Assembly (NCBI GenBank): GCA_945876185.1 | Contig: CAMCMZ010000002.1 | Coordinates: 24,073 to 88,072 of the forward strand | From: Candidatus Kuenenia stuttgartensis | GTDB taxonomy: Bacteria; Planctomycetota; UBA11346 | Length of the DNA: 64,000 nucleotides | Reading direction: 5' to 3' | Part shown: in pieces, positions 10,801-18,680 of the stretch | Layout of the letters: every line of letters begins with the position of its first letter | How positions within the stretch are numbered: position 1 is the stretch's first letter | Notes under the pieces: model-generated | Seen by the model: the letters and a program-made list of their open reading frames with translations, nothing else | What the model was told of the DNA's origin: nothing | The model's database searches: none | Program-made: the position numbers and the translations under genes

Positions 10801-11282
10801 CGGTCCATGGTCTTGTAGTCGTGGTCGAAGTCGACCCAGCGACCCAGACGGGTGATGGTCTTGCGCCACTCCGACACGTAGGTCAGCACCATGGATCGGC
10901 ACTGTTCGTTGAAGCGGTCGACGCCGAGGTCGCGGATGGCGGCGGCGCCGCTGACGTTCAGCGCCTTCTGCGCCAGCGCCTCGATCGGCAGGCCGTGGCA
11001 GTCCCAGCCGAAGCGGCGTTCGACGCGGTGGCCGCGCATGGTCCAATAGCGCGGCACGATGTCCTTGATCGTGCTCTGCAGCAGGTGGCCGTAGTGCGGC
11101 GTGCCGGTGGCGAAGGGCGGGCCGTCGTAGAAGACGAATTCGGGCGCGCCTTGCGCCTGGCGCCGCCGGTTCGACTCGGGGAAGGCGTCGAGTTGCTGCC
11201 ACAGCGCAAGAATGCGGTGCTCGATCGCCGGCAGGTCGACGTTGGCGGGAACCTTGCTGAACACCGGATTTTTCGTGGTCAT
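7839..11282 (-). CDS. ileS: Isoleucyl-tRNA synthetase, eukaryote-like type 2
   Basis: Start at the MTTKNPVFSKV internal Met of the 1233-aa ORF. Class I HYGH motif (PPFATGTPHYGHLL), editing domain with TTPWTLP, and KMSKS motif all present. Confidence 0.9.
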   Translation of the reverse strand: MTTKNPVFSKVPANVDLPAIEHRILALWQQLDAFPESNRRRQAQGAPEFVFYDGPPFATGTPHYGHLLQSTIKDIVPRYWTMRGHRVERRFGWDCHGLPIEALAQKALNVSGAAAIRDLGVDRFNEQCRSMVLTYVSEWRKTITRLGRWVDFDHDYKTMDRDFMESVWWVFKRLWDTGRIYKSHRIMPYSPKLATPLSKFEVKDDNYKVVQDPAVTVKFTMRTDGSSLEDRQGYLIRGLASGDGNLASLCASALADVSKLHPILHNQTVSVLAWTTTPWTLPENLALCVGPDIAYSIVRELKSHAVFVVATQRLAAVFGKPENYTVLGEVPGTNLIGFSYEPLFPYFSATPNAFRVVADDFVTTGDGTGIVHMAPAYGEDDLRVCRANRIILHSGQWTRDESDVWRGNEWPNNLPDPLDEECRFSEIVTADDWYRTECLNKFCKDADKAIIARLKAEGKLFHQATIDHPYPFCDRTDAPLIYRAIDAWYVKVEDLRGRLGANNDQIRWVPEAIGTNRFGNWVKNANDWNISRNRFWGSCLPVWVNVADASDTICVGSVADLLALGPVDAATGAPVTDIPDLHKHCLDRLEIRRDGTVYRRTPEVLDCWFESGAMPYASVHWMGGADGRQAPPVYPAEFIAEGLDQTRGWFYTLLVESTALFDRPAFKNVVVTGLVLAEDGQKMSKSKNNFPDPNLIMEQIGADSIRAYLINSPLVRGEPMRFSEAGLKEIVRTVVLPYWNALSFFTTYASVDGFDPRAAEWPARPLDQRHVLDRWLRQSLDALVSDVNTEMESYRLYAVVPRLVQFIDDLTNWYLRLSRRRFWKSVDRAAQADAYHTLYGVLVEFAQVLAPFMPFLTEEVWQRLVVPVDPQAAQSIHWSDFPIAKPPTQILRPGFAARTAVAFSPTLTVNMSWAQRAVALGRKLREEQKLKTRQPLAAITFVHRDAEVRAALTRLSALISEELNVKSVLTQADEAAFAQVTVKPNFATLRKRCGPKLKEIGAALAAWSHTEVTRLESGEAVACCGETLTKDDVLLQRTAKPGAAVATDGVLTAVLDTALTPELVAEGLAREFVSAIQDARKQAGLEVSDRIRLTWHSADPVLVAAIAAHRTWIADEVLAVTFDASAEPQAQTEHLNGHAVSFTVAKT

Positions 11283-11430
11283 GGCGCACCTTGGGCGGGG
11301 CGCGGACGGTAGCGGCCTGACCCGATCCGGCAACCCGCGCCGAGTCATGGGATCGCCGCGCCTCAATTCGACCGAGCGGAACGAAATCACATCGCTCCCT
11401 TGGTCTCGGCATGTCCCACTGCCCTGGACC

Positions 11431-11539
11431 CCGTCGATGTGGACATCGACGCTCCATTCGCGCTGCCATTCGAGGAGCGGCGATGTCCACATCGCCGTTG
11501 TTGTCGAATCCATCCGTCGATGTGGACATCGACGCTCCA
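11431..11539. promoter_or_regulatory. Array of three 18-bp palindromes (GTCGATGT-GG-ACATCGAC; middle copy inverted/variant) in the ileS divergent promoter region
   Basis: CGTCGATGTGGACATCGACGCTCCAT at 11431-11456 and again at 11514-11539. An inverted variant GGAGCGGCGATGTCCACATCGCCG sits at 11474-11497. Spacing is ~40-46 bp. Located between ileS (-) and the 11604 gene (+). Confidence 0.35.
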
Positions 11540-11603
11540 TCGGAGACTGCCCGTTGCCAGGGATGGGTCAACGCTGGTTGCGGTACTGCGTATCCTTTAG
11601 CCT

Positions 11604-12665
11604 GTGCCCATGGTGATCCGTTCTGCCCTCATCTGTGCCGCGATCGCAACCCTGGCGGCCGGCGACGCGACGCCGGTCACCGCTCCGGCCATCCCGCCAT
11701 CGCCCTCCACCGCGCCGGGCATCCGCATCTGGCCCAAGCCGGCGTTCAGCCACTGGCCGGCAGTCGCCTTCGCGGACGAGACCCGCAACCTTGCTTTTTC
11801 GCTACCGGTGCGCCGCGCCGGGGTGACCGGCACGATCGGCTGGCAGGGTCTGGCGGCCTTGCCGTTCACCCTGCCGTCGGGTGCGGAATCGATCAGCGGA
11901 TTGCTGCCGCTGCCGCTGGTGGCGGGCCAGCCGATCCAGCCCGGCCGGTTGCTCGCTCAGGTGAAGCTGGCCGAGGCCGACACCGATCTGCCGGTGACGG
12001 TGGCCGCCGTTGGCGGTACCTGGCCGATGCGGGCCCTGCGCAACGGTTTTCCGGTCGATGGCGACGATGTCCCGGTGGTACTGGTCGACCGGCGCCTGGA
12101 TCCGACGGAAAAGCGCCGCTGGAGCCTGCTGGTGCGCGAACTGCCGCGTCCGACCGGCCCGGTGATTCTGGTCGGGGATCCGCTCGAATCCCTGGGATCC
12201 AACGCCTGGACCGGCATCGAGGCCGAACGCCGCCCCGCGCTCGACCAGCGCTATCCGCACCACGCGGTGCTGGTGGCGTTGGCGACGCTGCCGGATCCGC
12301 TGCCGCGCACGGTGATCTGGTGTCCAGGCAACCAGGCGATCATCGGTGGCGCCTGGACCGAAGAGGAAGACCGCGTGGCGAGCGCGCTGCGCAACCGCTT
12401 CACCGCCCAGGGCGCGCGGCCGCGCCTGGTGCTCGCCCTGCCACCGCAACCGGTCGAGGAACGCCTGGCCGAGCGCCAGCGCGAACGCCGCGAGATCCTG
12501 CAGCGCGCGGCCATCGCCTACGATTGGGACGTGGTCGACCTGGAGCGCGCGGCCGGCCCCGCCGCCAGCGCCAACCGGGTCGCGGAGGGTCTGTTCACCA
12601 CCTATCCGACCGGCCCGGCGCAGGAACGCATGCGGGCGGCACTCAAGGACGCGGCAAGACCCTGA
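11604..12665 (+). CDS. Secreted hypothetical protein (possible SGNH/GDSL-like hydrolase fold)
   Basis: 353 aa. Signal peptide present. GDPLESLGS and DWDVVDL motifs are weakly reminiscent of SGNH blocks. Not confirmed. Confidence 0.45.
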   Translation: MPMVIRSALICAAIATLAAGDATPVTAPAIPPSPSTAPGIRIWPKPAFSHWPAVAFADETRNLAFSLPVRRAGVTGTIGWQGLAALPFTLPSGAESISGLLPLPLVAGQPIQPGRLLAQVKLAEADTDLPVTVAAVGGTWPMRALRNGFPVDGDDVPVVLVDRRLDPTEKRRWSLLVRELPRPTGPVILVGDPLESLGSNAWTGIEAERRPALDQRYPHHAVLVALATLPDPLPRTVIWCPGNQAIIGGAWTEEEDRVASALRNRFTAQGARPRLVLALPPQPVEERLAERQRERREILQRAAIAYDWDVVDLERAAGPAASANRVAEGLFTTYPTGPAQERMRAALKDAARP

Positions 12666-12767
12666 GCGCGGCACCGTTGCAGACCCGCCCTGGTGACCCT
12701 CGCCCGCAACCGGAATCCCCTCCGCCCGCGCTTGCGTCACAACGTTCGTGAGCCTAGTCTGCCGCCC

Positions 12768-13100
12768 ATGCGCAACCTCCTCCTCGCCTTCGCTGTGGTT
12801 TCCCTCATCGCGTTCGCCGGCTGCCGCTCGCGCGACACCGTGAACGTCGTTCCGGATCGCCAGGGCGCCGCCCTGCAGGTCGGTCCGCCCTCGGTCGGTG
12901 GCGGAGCCTACGTCCTGGTCGCCGGTCCTGGCGAGGCCTACTACCCGCTCAAAGACGGCGAGCAGAATAAGTTGGCTGAGGTCGCCAAGAAGAACGGCAC
13001 CACCCTCGAATGGCTGATCCAGCGCAATGACCTCGGCCCCGAGCGCATCGGCAAACTCGTCGCCGGCACCAACCTGATCGTTCCCGTCCCCAAGAAGTGA
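12768..13100 (+). CDS. LysM-domain lipoprotein
   Basis: Lipoprotein signal with lipobox MRNLLLAFAVVSLIAFAGC. C-terminal LysM (TLEWLIQRNDL...GTNLIVP). Confidence 0.65.
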   Translation: MRNLLLAFAVVSLIAFAGCRSRDTVNVVPDRQGAALQVGPPSVGGGAYVLVAGPGEAYYPLKDGEQNKLAEVAKKNGTTLEWLIQRNDLGPERIGKLVAGTNLIVPVPKK

Positions 13101-13708
13101 CTCTGGGCCGCGCCATTGCGGGCGGGCGGCTGCTGCTCGCCACCGGAAACCCGAAGAAACTCAAGGAACTGCGCGAGATCCTCGCGCAGTTTCCCATTTC
13201 GGTGGTCAGTCCGGCCGAGATCGGCTATGCGCCGGACGTGGACGAAGACGGCGACACCTTCGCCGCCAATGCGATCAAGAAGGCCGCCGCCGGGCTTGCC
13301 GCCACCGGCCTGCCGACCCTGGCGGATGATTCCGGCATCGAGGCCCGCGCCCTGGGTTGGCGGCCGGGTGTGATCAGCGCGCGCTACGCCGGCGAACCGT
13401 GCGATGACGAGGCGAACAACCGGAAGTTGGTGACTGAACTCGCGCCGCACGCCGACAAGTACGTGCAGTACCGCTGCGTCATCGCCCTCGCCCTGCCGGG
13501 CCAGCCGGCGCTGACCTGGGACGGGATTTTTGCTGGCGAGCACATCGCCACACCCCGTGGCGCCGGGGGTTTCGGCTACGATCCCTACGTGCTGGTGCCC
13601 GACCTCGGCCTGACCGTCGCCGAGATGACCGCCGAGGCCAAGCACGCGCGCAGCCATCGCGGCCAGGCGCTGCGCAAGTTCGTCGCCTGGCTTGATGGCC
13701 GGGATTGA
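13097..13708 (+). CDS. rdgB: Non-canonical purine NTP pyrophosphatase (dITP/XTP pyrophosphatase, RdgB/Ham1 family)
   Basis: LLLATGNPKKLKELREIL N-terminus, FGYDP and SHRGQAL motifs of the Ham1 family. Confidence 0.8.
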   Translation: MTLGRAIAGGRLLLATGNPKKLKELREILAQFPISVVSPAEIGYAPDVDEDGDTFAANAIKKAAAGLAATGLPTLADDSGIEARALGWRPGVISARYAGEPCDDEANNRKLVTELAPHADKYVQYRCVIALALPGQPALTWDGIFAGEHIATPRGAGGFGYDPYVLVPDLGLTVAEMTAEAKHARSHRGQALRKFVAWLDGRD

Positions 13709-13738
13709 ACCTCCGATCGATCTCGTCCTGAAGGTACC

Positions 13739-13954
13739 ATGAAATACAAGACCACCATCTTCACCTATTCGGGTTGGTCCTCGGGGGCAACGGTGGCGAA
13801 TGGGGTTGAACAGCATCTGAACCTGATCGCTTCCCAGGGATACCGGTTAGTCTCATCGTGCCAAAACGAATTGATCTGGCCTGAAAGTTGGTTTTTTATC
13901 TGGGAATCCATCGAATCATCCGAGTCCGACCGGCAACACCTCGCAGCCCGTTGA
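13739..13954 (+). CDS. DUF4177-like small protein in an AT-rich islet
   Basis: 71 aa. MKYKTTIFTYSGW...QGYRLVS resembles the DUF4177 pattern. Marked low GC relative to flanks. Confidence 0.4.
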   Translation: MKYKTTIFTYSGWSSGATVANGVEQHLNLIASQGYRLVSSCQNELIWPESWFFIWESIESSESDRQHLAAR

Positions 13955-13979
13955 TTTAGGCGATGACGAGGGTCTGAAT

Positions 13980-15299
13980 ATGCCCCTATCGACGAGCCTC
14001 GGCCTACGCACCAGCACCCGCCTGATGCTCAGCTTCATCGCCGCGCACCTGGCGCTGAGCGCCGTGGGCGGATTGACGGCCTGGTGGCTGGTCGACCGCT
14101 CGTTACGGCACCAGGCCGAGGACAGCGCGCGCAACGTCGGCCGGGTGCTCGATGGAGGCGGATTCTCGCCTTCGCCCGAGGTGCTGGCGCGCATGCGTCG
14201 GCTGACCGGGGCGGAGTTCAATCTGCTGGACCAGCCAACCCCGGTGCGTCCGGGCACGGTCCAGGTGATCGCCGCCGGACGGGTCATCGAGATCGACTAC
14301 CGCAGCGCCTCGTATCGTGCTGCCGAACGCGCCGTGGTGCTCGGTTCACTCGCGGTGGCTGCGGCGGGGGCGCTGGTGTTCGCGCTCATCGCGGTGGTGC
14401 TGGCGCGCCGGTTTGCGCGGCCGCTCGACCGGCTGGCGTTCGCCGCACGGCAGATCGGGGCGGGCAGCCTGGACGAGCCGGTGCCGGCGGTTGGCAGCGG
14501 TGAGATCGCGGCGCTCGCGGCTGAGCTGGAGCGCATGCGCGTCCGGCTGATCGACCTCGACCGCGCCAACCGCCAGGCCGAGCGCCTGGCGACGGTCGGC
14601 ACCTTCACCGCCACCATCGCGCACGAACTCCGCAATCCGCTGTCAGCGGTGCGCCTCACCGTGCAGATGCTGGCCGAGCGCCACGGTGATGACCCCGCCC
14701 TGCGGATGATCGAGGAGGAACTCGAACGCCTGGATCTCAGCGTCGATGAACTGCTCGGATTTTCCAAAGGTATGACGATCGAGCCGGTGGCGTGCGATCT
14801 TGGCGTGGTGGCCGCCGACGTGGTGCGCCTCCTGCGCCGACAGGCCGGCCACGCTGGGGTCAAACTGACGCCGACCGGCACGGCGACGGCTGGGGCCGTT
14901 ATCGTCAGGGCCGATCCGCGCCGGCTGCGGCAGTTGCTGGTCAACCTCGTCCTCAACGCGGTGCAGGCTGTGCAGGGCGCCGGGCGCGACGACGGCGGGA
15001 TGGTCGCGATCCGCATCCAGCCCGACGGATTCGTGGTTGAGGACGACGGCCCCGGGGTCGATCCCGCCCTGGTCCCGCGCCTGTTCGACGCCTTCGCCGG
15101 CAATCGACCAGGAGGCACCGGCCTCGGCCTGCACCTCGCCCGCGCCGTGGCCGAGGCGCACGGGGCGCGGCTGACCTACGCCCCGCGCGTGGGCGGCGGC
15201 GCGGTGTTCACGCTCGCGGGACTCCACGGAGCTATGGCCACAGAAAGCACAAAGGACACAAAAGCCGAACGGTCAGGCGCACTTTCATCCATGGACTGA
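13980..15299 (+). CDS. Sensor histidine kinase (HisKA + HATPase_c), orphan
   Basis: N-terminal TM segments. H-box ATIAHELRNPLSAV. N, G1, G2 boxes (LNAVQA, DDGPGV, GGTGLGL). No response regulator adjacent. The last ~20 codons lie within a GGCCACAAAGAGCACA hairpin repeat. Confidence 0.8.
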   Translation: MPLSTSLGLRTSTRLMLSFIAAHLALSAVGGLTAWWLVDRSLRHQAEDSARNVGRVLDGGGFSPSPEVLARMRRLTGAEFNLLDQPTPVRPGTVQVIAAGRVIEIDYRSASYRAAERAVVLGSLAVAAAGALVFALIAVVLARRFARPLDRLAFAARQIGAGSLDEPVPAVGSGEIAALAAELERMRVRLIDLDRANRQAERLATVGTFTATIAHELRNPLSAVRLTVQMLAERHGDDPALRMIEEELERLDLSVDELLGFSKGMTIEPVACDLGVVAADVVRLLRRQAGHAGVKLTPTGTATAGAVIVRADPRRLRQLLVNLVLNAVQAVQGAGRDDGGMVAIRIQPDGFVVEDDGPGVDPALVPRLFDAFAGNRPGGTGLGLHLARAVAEAHGARLTYAPRVGGGAVFTLAGLHGAMATESTKDTKAERSGALSSMD

Positions 15300-15358
15300 C
15301 CATCCCCAGTTGGGGTCGCCTCTTCCCCTGTGCTCTCTGTGCTCTTTGTGGCCATTCC
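15233..15358. repeat. REP-like hairpin ATGGCCACAGAAAGCACAAAG ... CTTTGTGGCCAT spanning the HK stop codon
   Basis: Imperfect inverted repeat arms at 15233-15263 and 15331-15358. Same motif family recurs at 56210-56280. Lower GC than the genome. Confidence 0.4.
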
Positions 15359-15379
15359 TGCCTGCCGCCGACAGCCTCC

Positions 15380-16813
15380 TCAGCGCTGCGGCAGGATGCG
15401 GAAGACCTTGGTACCCCAGGGCGGCAGTTGGATGCGCAGACCCTCGCGCTGGAGCTGATCGCAACTGTGATTGACCGGGGTGCCGTTGGTCAGGTAGTCG
15501 CTGATCTGGCAGTCGCGGCCGGCGAGCGGAGCGGTGTCGAGGACGCTGTTGCACGGTTGCCACGAGGCGTTGACCGTGACCAGCAGGCTGTGGTGCGCCG
15601 GCTGCTGCCAGAGGCAGGCGATGACCCCGCCGCCATCGCGCGGAGCGAGCAGCTGCCAGGTGCCGTGCTGGCGTGCGGATTCACCCAGCAGCAGGAGCAG
15701 GTCGTGGTGCGCCTGGACGTGCGCGGGCGAGCCGGGTTCCGCTGCGCGCCGGCGGCAGGGCAGGCTGGCGTGGATGACCCGGCCGTCCTCCTGGCCGTGG
15801 TGCGACAGCAGCATGCCGGGAACCATGCCGGTGACGAACAGCGCGCCGCGATGGTGGTCGGGGTTCTGGAAGCGCGCGGCTGCCCGTTGTTCGTTGTGGT
15901 TTTCCAGGAAGCGCACGCAGCGGCGCTGATAGTCGATCGACGCGCGCAGATGGGCGCGGATCGATTCGGCGTCGCCCGACAGCAGACGGTCGTAGAGGAT
16001 CTTGTCGTAGGTGAAATCGAAGCCGGCCTGTTGCAGTTCGTATTCGCGATTCCAGTACACCTCGGCCATGAACACCGTGCCGGGATGGCGGCTGCGGACC
16101 TTGGCCAGGCAGTCGCTCCAGAAGGCGGGGGCGGTGCGGCCCCAGGTCGCCGCGAAGACGTCGGGCAGAAGCAGCATCGCAAGATCGCAGCGCAGGCCGT
16201 CGCAACGCGCCGAGACCGAGGCTGCCTCCTCGACCACCGCCGCATGCACGGCCGGATTGGCGTAGTCGAGCTGGAGCGTGTTGCGCCAGGCGGGGAAGAA
16301 CGGGTCGCGGGCGTGCGCGAGGATGCGGCCGTTGACGCGGGTCCAGGCCTCGGGCTTCGCCGCCAGCGCGGATTCGCTGCCCTGGACGAAGAAATCCGGC
16401 CGTTCGACCGCCCACGGATGATCCAGGCCGACGTGGTTGGGGATGAAGTCGAGCATCAGCGACAATCCGGCAGCACGGGCGCGATCGCGCAAGCGGGCCA
16501 GCGCAGCATCGCCGCCAAGATCCTCGCTGACCGTGTAACCGCTGACGGCCAACGGTGAACCGCAGATGTCGTCTTCGGTGAATCCAGGCAGGACACTGGA
16601 CAAGTAGGACTTCAACTGCTTGTCGGCCCGCGATACCGCCAACGACTGCGGCCCCGTCGGCCAGAGGCCGAACAGGTAAAGCCAGGTGAAACCGTTTTCG
16701 CCCAACTGATCCAGGAAATCGTCGGACAGGTCATCCAAGGTGGCTGAGCGACCCAGCTCCTGAGCACGCTCCGTGCGCCAGACGCGCGCGTTCAGCTCAT
16801 ACGCTTGGTGCAT
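15380..16813 (-). CDS. Glycoside hydrolase family 13 (alpha-amylase family) protein
   Basis: Start at MHQAYELNARVW inside the 684-aa ORF. MLDFIPNHVG matches GH13 conserved region I (DxxxNH). TIM-barrel-like layout. Confidence 0.7.
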   Translation of the reverse strand: MHQAYELNARVWRTERAQELGRSATLDDLSDDFLDQLGENGFTWLYLFGLWPTGPQSLAVSRADKQLKSYLSSVLPGFTEDDICGSPLAVSGYTVSEDLGGDAALARLRDRARAAGLSLMLDFIPNHVGLDHPWAVERPDFFVQGSESALAAKPEAWTRVNGRILAHARDPFFPAWRNTLQLDYANPAVHAAVVEEAASVSARCDGLRCDLAMLLLPDVFAATWGRTAPAFWSDCLAKVRSRHPGTVFMAEVYWNREYELQQAGFDFTYDKILYDRLLSGDAESIRAHLRASIDYQRRCVRFLENHNEQRAAARFQNPDHHRGALFVTGMVPGMLLSHHGQEDGRVIHASLPCRRRAAEPGSPAHVQAHHDLLLLLGESARQHGTWQLLAPRDGGGVIACLWQQPAHHSLLVTVNASWQPCNSVLDTAPLAGRDCQISDYLTNGTPVNHSCDQLQREGLRIQLPPWGTKVFRILPQR

Positions 16814-16949
16814 GGCGGAACCATAACCCAGGCGGGGGGGCCGTGCAAACCCCAGGTTGCAGCCAGCGAAATGCCATGAGACGCAGTGCCAAGCGGCGAT
16901 TGCACCTGCATCTGCCAGCCCCCGAGGCCGGGAGTCCTGGACCCACAGG

Positions 16950-16998
16950 GCACCGCAAAAATCGGTTGGCGGCGGGTGGCGGCGTGCTGCGCCCGCAC
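16950..16998. repeat. REP-like element A: CCGCAAAAATCGGTTGGCGGC followed by GGCGTGCTGCGCCCGCACT
   Basis: Motifs shared with 18681-18751 and 25238-25372. The 19-mer GGCGTGCTGCGCCCGCACT at 16980-16998 is repeated exactly at 18681-18699. Confidence 0.4.
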
Positions 16999-17019
16999 TG
17001 AGCGCCGACCCCGGGCGCG

Positions 17020-17138
17020 CCGAGCACCAGCTCGGCCGAGCAATCCGGTACCAAGAGAAAGCGCATGGATTCAGGTGTAGCCCGGCGCCACCTGCCCTGA
17101 GGAAATCGATCCGAAGCCGAGCTGGTGCTCGGCGTTCC
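17020..17138. repeat. 19-bp perfect inverted repeat CGCCGAGCACCAGCTCGGC / GCCGAGCTGGTGCTCGGCG flanking ~80 bp
   Basis: Read directly from the sequence (arms at 17020-17038 and 17120-17138). Lies in the long non-coding stretch between GH13 and hepT. Confidence 0.35.
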
Positions 17139-17462
17139 CAGGCCCAGGTCCACGAAACGGCAGTGAAAAGCCAGGAAACGTTCGCTGAGGGTCGTTGCCC
17201 CGTTAGCTTCACAGCATTGGGCAGCGCCCCGCGAGGAGCAATCCCCCGAGGCGCAGCCGAGCGGGGACGGGCTTGGTCCCGCGCAGCGGCTTCCTGCCGC
17301 GTAGCGGGAAGGTGGCGCAGCCACCGTCGCCGCAGTGCGATCCCCGCGCAGCGGGGACATGCGGAGCATGCAAGCCGCGCAGCGGCGCAGTCGGGCTGGG
17401 GCGCAAGCCCCGCTAGGCATCGTGGACCGTGCACGGATCACGTGCTCAGCCATCTCCCCCAT

Positions 17463-17831
17463 TTACGCGCTCGGCTGGACCTGGGCGAGGATGACCTTCA
17501 GTTGGCCAATGAGCTGCGGCAGGTGCTGGGTGATAACCGTGTGGACGATGCCGGTGTCCACTCGTCCGTAGTCATGAACCATCCGGTGGCGCATCCCAAC
17601 GATCAGCGGCCAGGGAATGGTCGTGTGAGCGCGCTTGAGGCCATCCGAAAGCTTCCAACCCGCCTCCCCGACGATCTCGACGCAGCGCGAGACCGCGAGG
17701 AAGGTCCGGCGATCAGCGGCCATCTGGTCGACGGTCATTGCGCCGAGCAACACGATGGCTTCCTGGGCGTAGTCGATCATGTCGCGCAACCGGCCAACGT
17801 CCTCGGGTTCATGCCGCAGTTCAAGCGGCAT
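17463..17831 (-). CDS. hepT: HepT-like toxin (DUF86 nucleotidyltransferase substrate-binding/RNase) of a HepT-MntA pair
   Basis: 122 aa. RxxxxHxY motif (RHRMVHDY) characteristic of DUF86/HepT. Overlaps the upstream mntA by ~10 bp. Confidence 0.8.
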   Translation of the reverse strand: MPLELRHEPEDVGRLRDMIDYAQEAIVLLGAMTVDQMAADRRTFLAVSRCVEIVGEAGWKLSDGLKRAHTTIPWPLIVGMRHRMVHDYGRVDTGIVHTVITQHLPQLIGQLKVILAQVQPSA

Positions 17832-18129
17832 ACAGAACCTCGGCCACCGACAGCACGTTGTGCTTGAAATAGGGGTTCTGGTCCCGTTCGACGGTCCGCC
17901 GGGTCAGCAGATCAACATGCCGACCCAGGATGACCTCCAACTCGTCGCCCATGCCGAAGAACTCCAAGCCCGGCGTGTAGCCATCCTCAAAGGTCACCAG
18001 CAGATCCACGTCGCTATCAGGACGCGCGGTGCCCTTGGCGCGAGAGCCAAACAACTCCAACTTGGCGACGCGATTGCGCCGGCAGAAGGCGATGAGCGCC
18101 GCTTGGTCGATGTCCAGGGCCAGGGGCAT
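17821..18129 (-). CDS. mntA: MntA-like antitoxin (minimal nucleotidyltransferase)
   Basis: GSxxxGxxxxxSDxD NTase motif (GSRAKGTARPDSDVDLLV). Start at an internal Met of ORF 17821-18192. Confidence 0.75.
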   Translation of the reverse strand: MPLALDIDQAALIAFCRRNRVAKLELFGSRAKGTARPDSDVDLLVTFEDGYTPGLEFFGMGDELEVILGRHVDLLTRRTVERDQNPYFKHNVLSVAEVLYAA

Positions 18130-18215
18130 GCGCGTCATCCTAGCCGTCTTACCAGACTGGGGAACGGGCATGGAACGCCTTACCACCCGCAAAACCCAGA
18201 ATCGCCGACCCGCCT

Positions 18216-18605
18216 GCGCCTGGGACCGCCAGGCACCAGCCTGGCCGTGGCCCCTTGGGGTGTCAACCCGGGCATGAAAGCTCGCGACCGCCAGACCCCA
18301 GCCCGGCGAGTACTACTTGGGATGTCAACCCAGACATGGAATCGTTAACCATCCAGGGAACACGATGCCTCACACCGTGGTGCTCGCCGGTCAACCGGTT
18401 TCAACCCCGGGAACGACACGCACCAATAAACCCAGGCATCAACCCCAGCCCTACGGGACGCCTCTGGGGATTGGCCATTCGTATAGGGTGGGCCGGCGAT
18501 CCAGCCAAGGCCGATCACGATTTCGCTGCAATTCCATGGTCATTCCGGCCTTGGCCGGATCGCCGCGTGGCCAACGGCCGGTTGCAAACCGGCGGTCCCA
18601 GGCGC
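18216..18605. repeat. ~390-bp non-coding element bounded by inverted copies of GCGCCTGGGACCGCC, containing stem-loops and degenerate ~62-bp tandem units
   Basis: TIR at 18216-18230 and its reverse complement at 18591-18605. Internal motifs GTCAACCC(G/A)G(G/A)CATG(A/G)AA x3, GGTTTCAACCCCGGG, CCCTACGGGACG. A 19-bp stem hairpin lies at 18498-18570. Confidence 0.5.
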
Positions 18606-18680
18606 AAGCGTTTTCGTTGATTTTTGTAGTATGGCGACGCAAATGGCCAATCCCCAGGGTCTGCGTCGCGGGGCGGCGCC

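Noticed and set aside
17260-17400. CRISPR-like spacing of CGCGCAGCGG motifs
   Set aside because: Units are only ~10 bp and imperfect, spacing is irregular, and no cas genes are present. Treated as GC-rich dyad-symmetry clutter.
17821-18192. Longer 123-aa mntA ORF starting at 18192
   Set aside because: The N-terminal 21 residues are Arg/Pro-rich with no RBS. The MPLALDIDQ internal start gives the canonical ~100-aa MntA. The upstream extension is likely non-coding.
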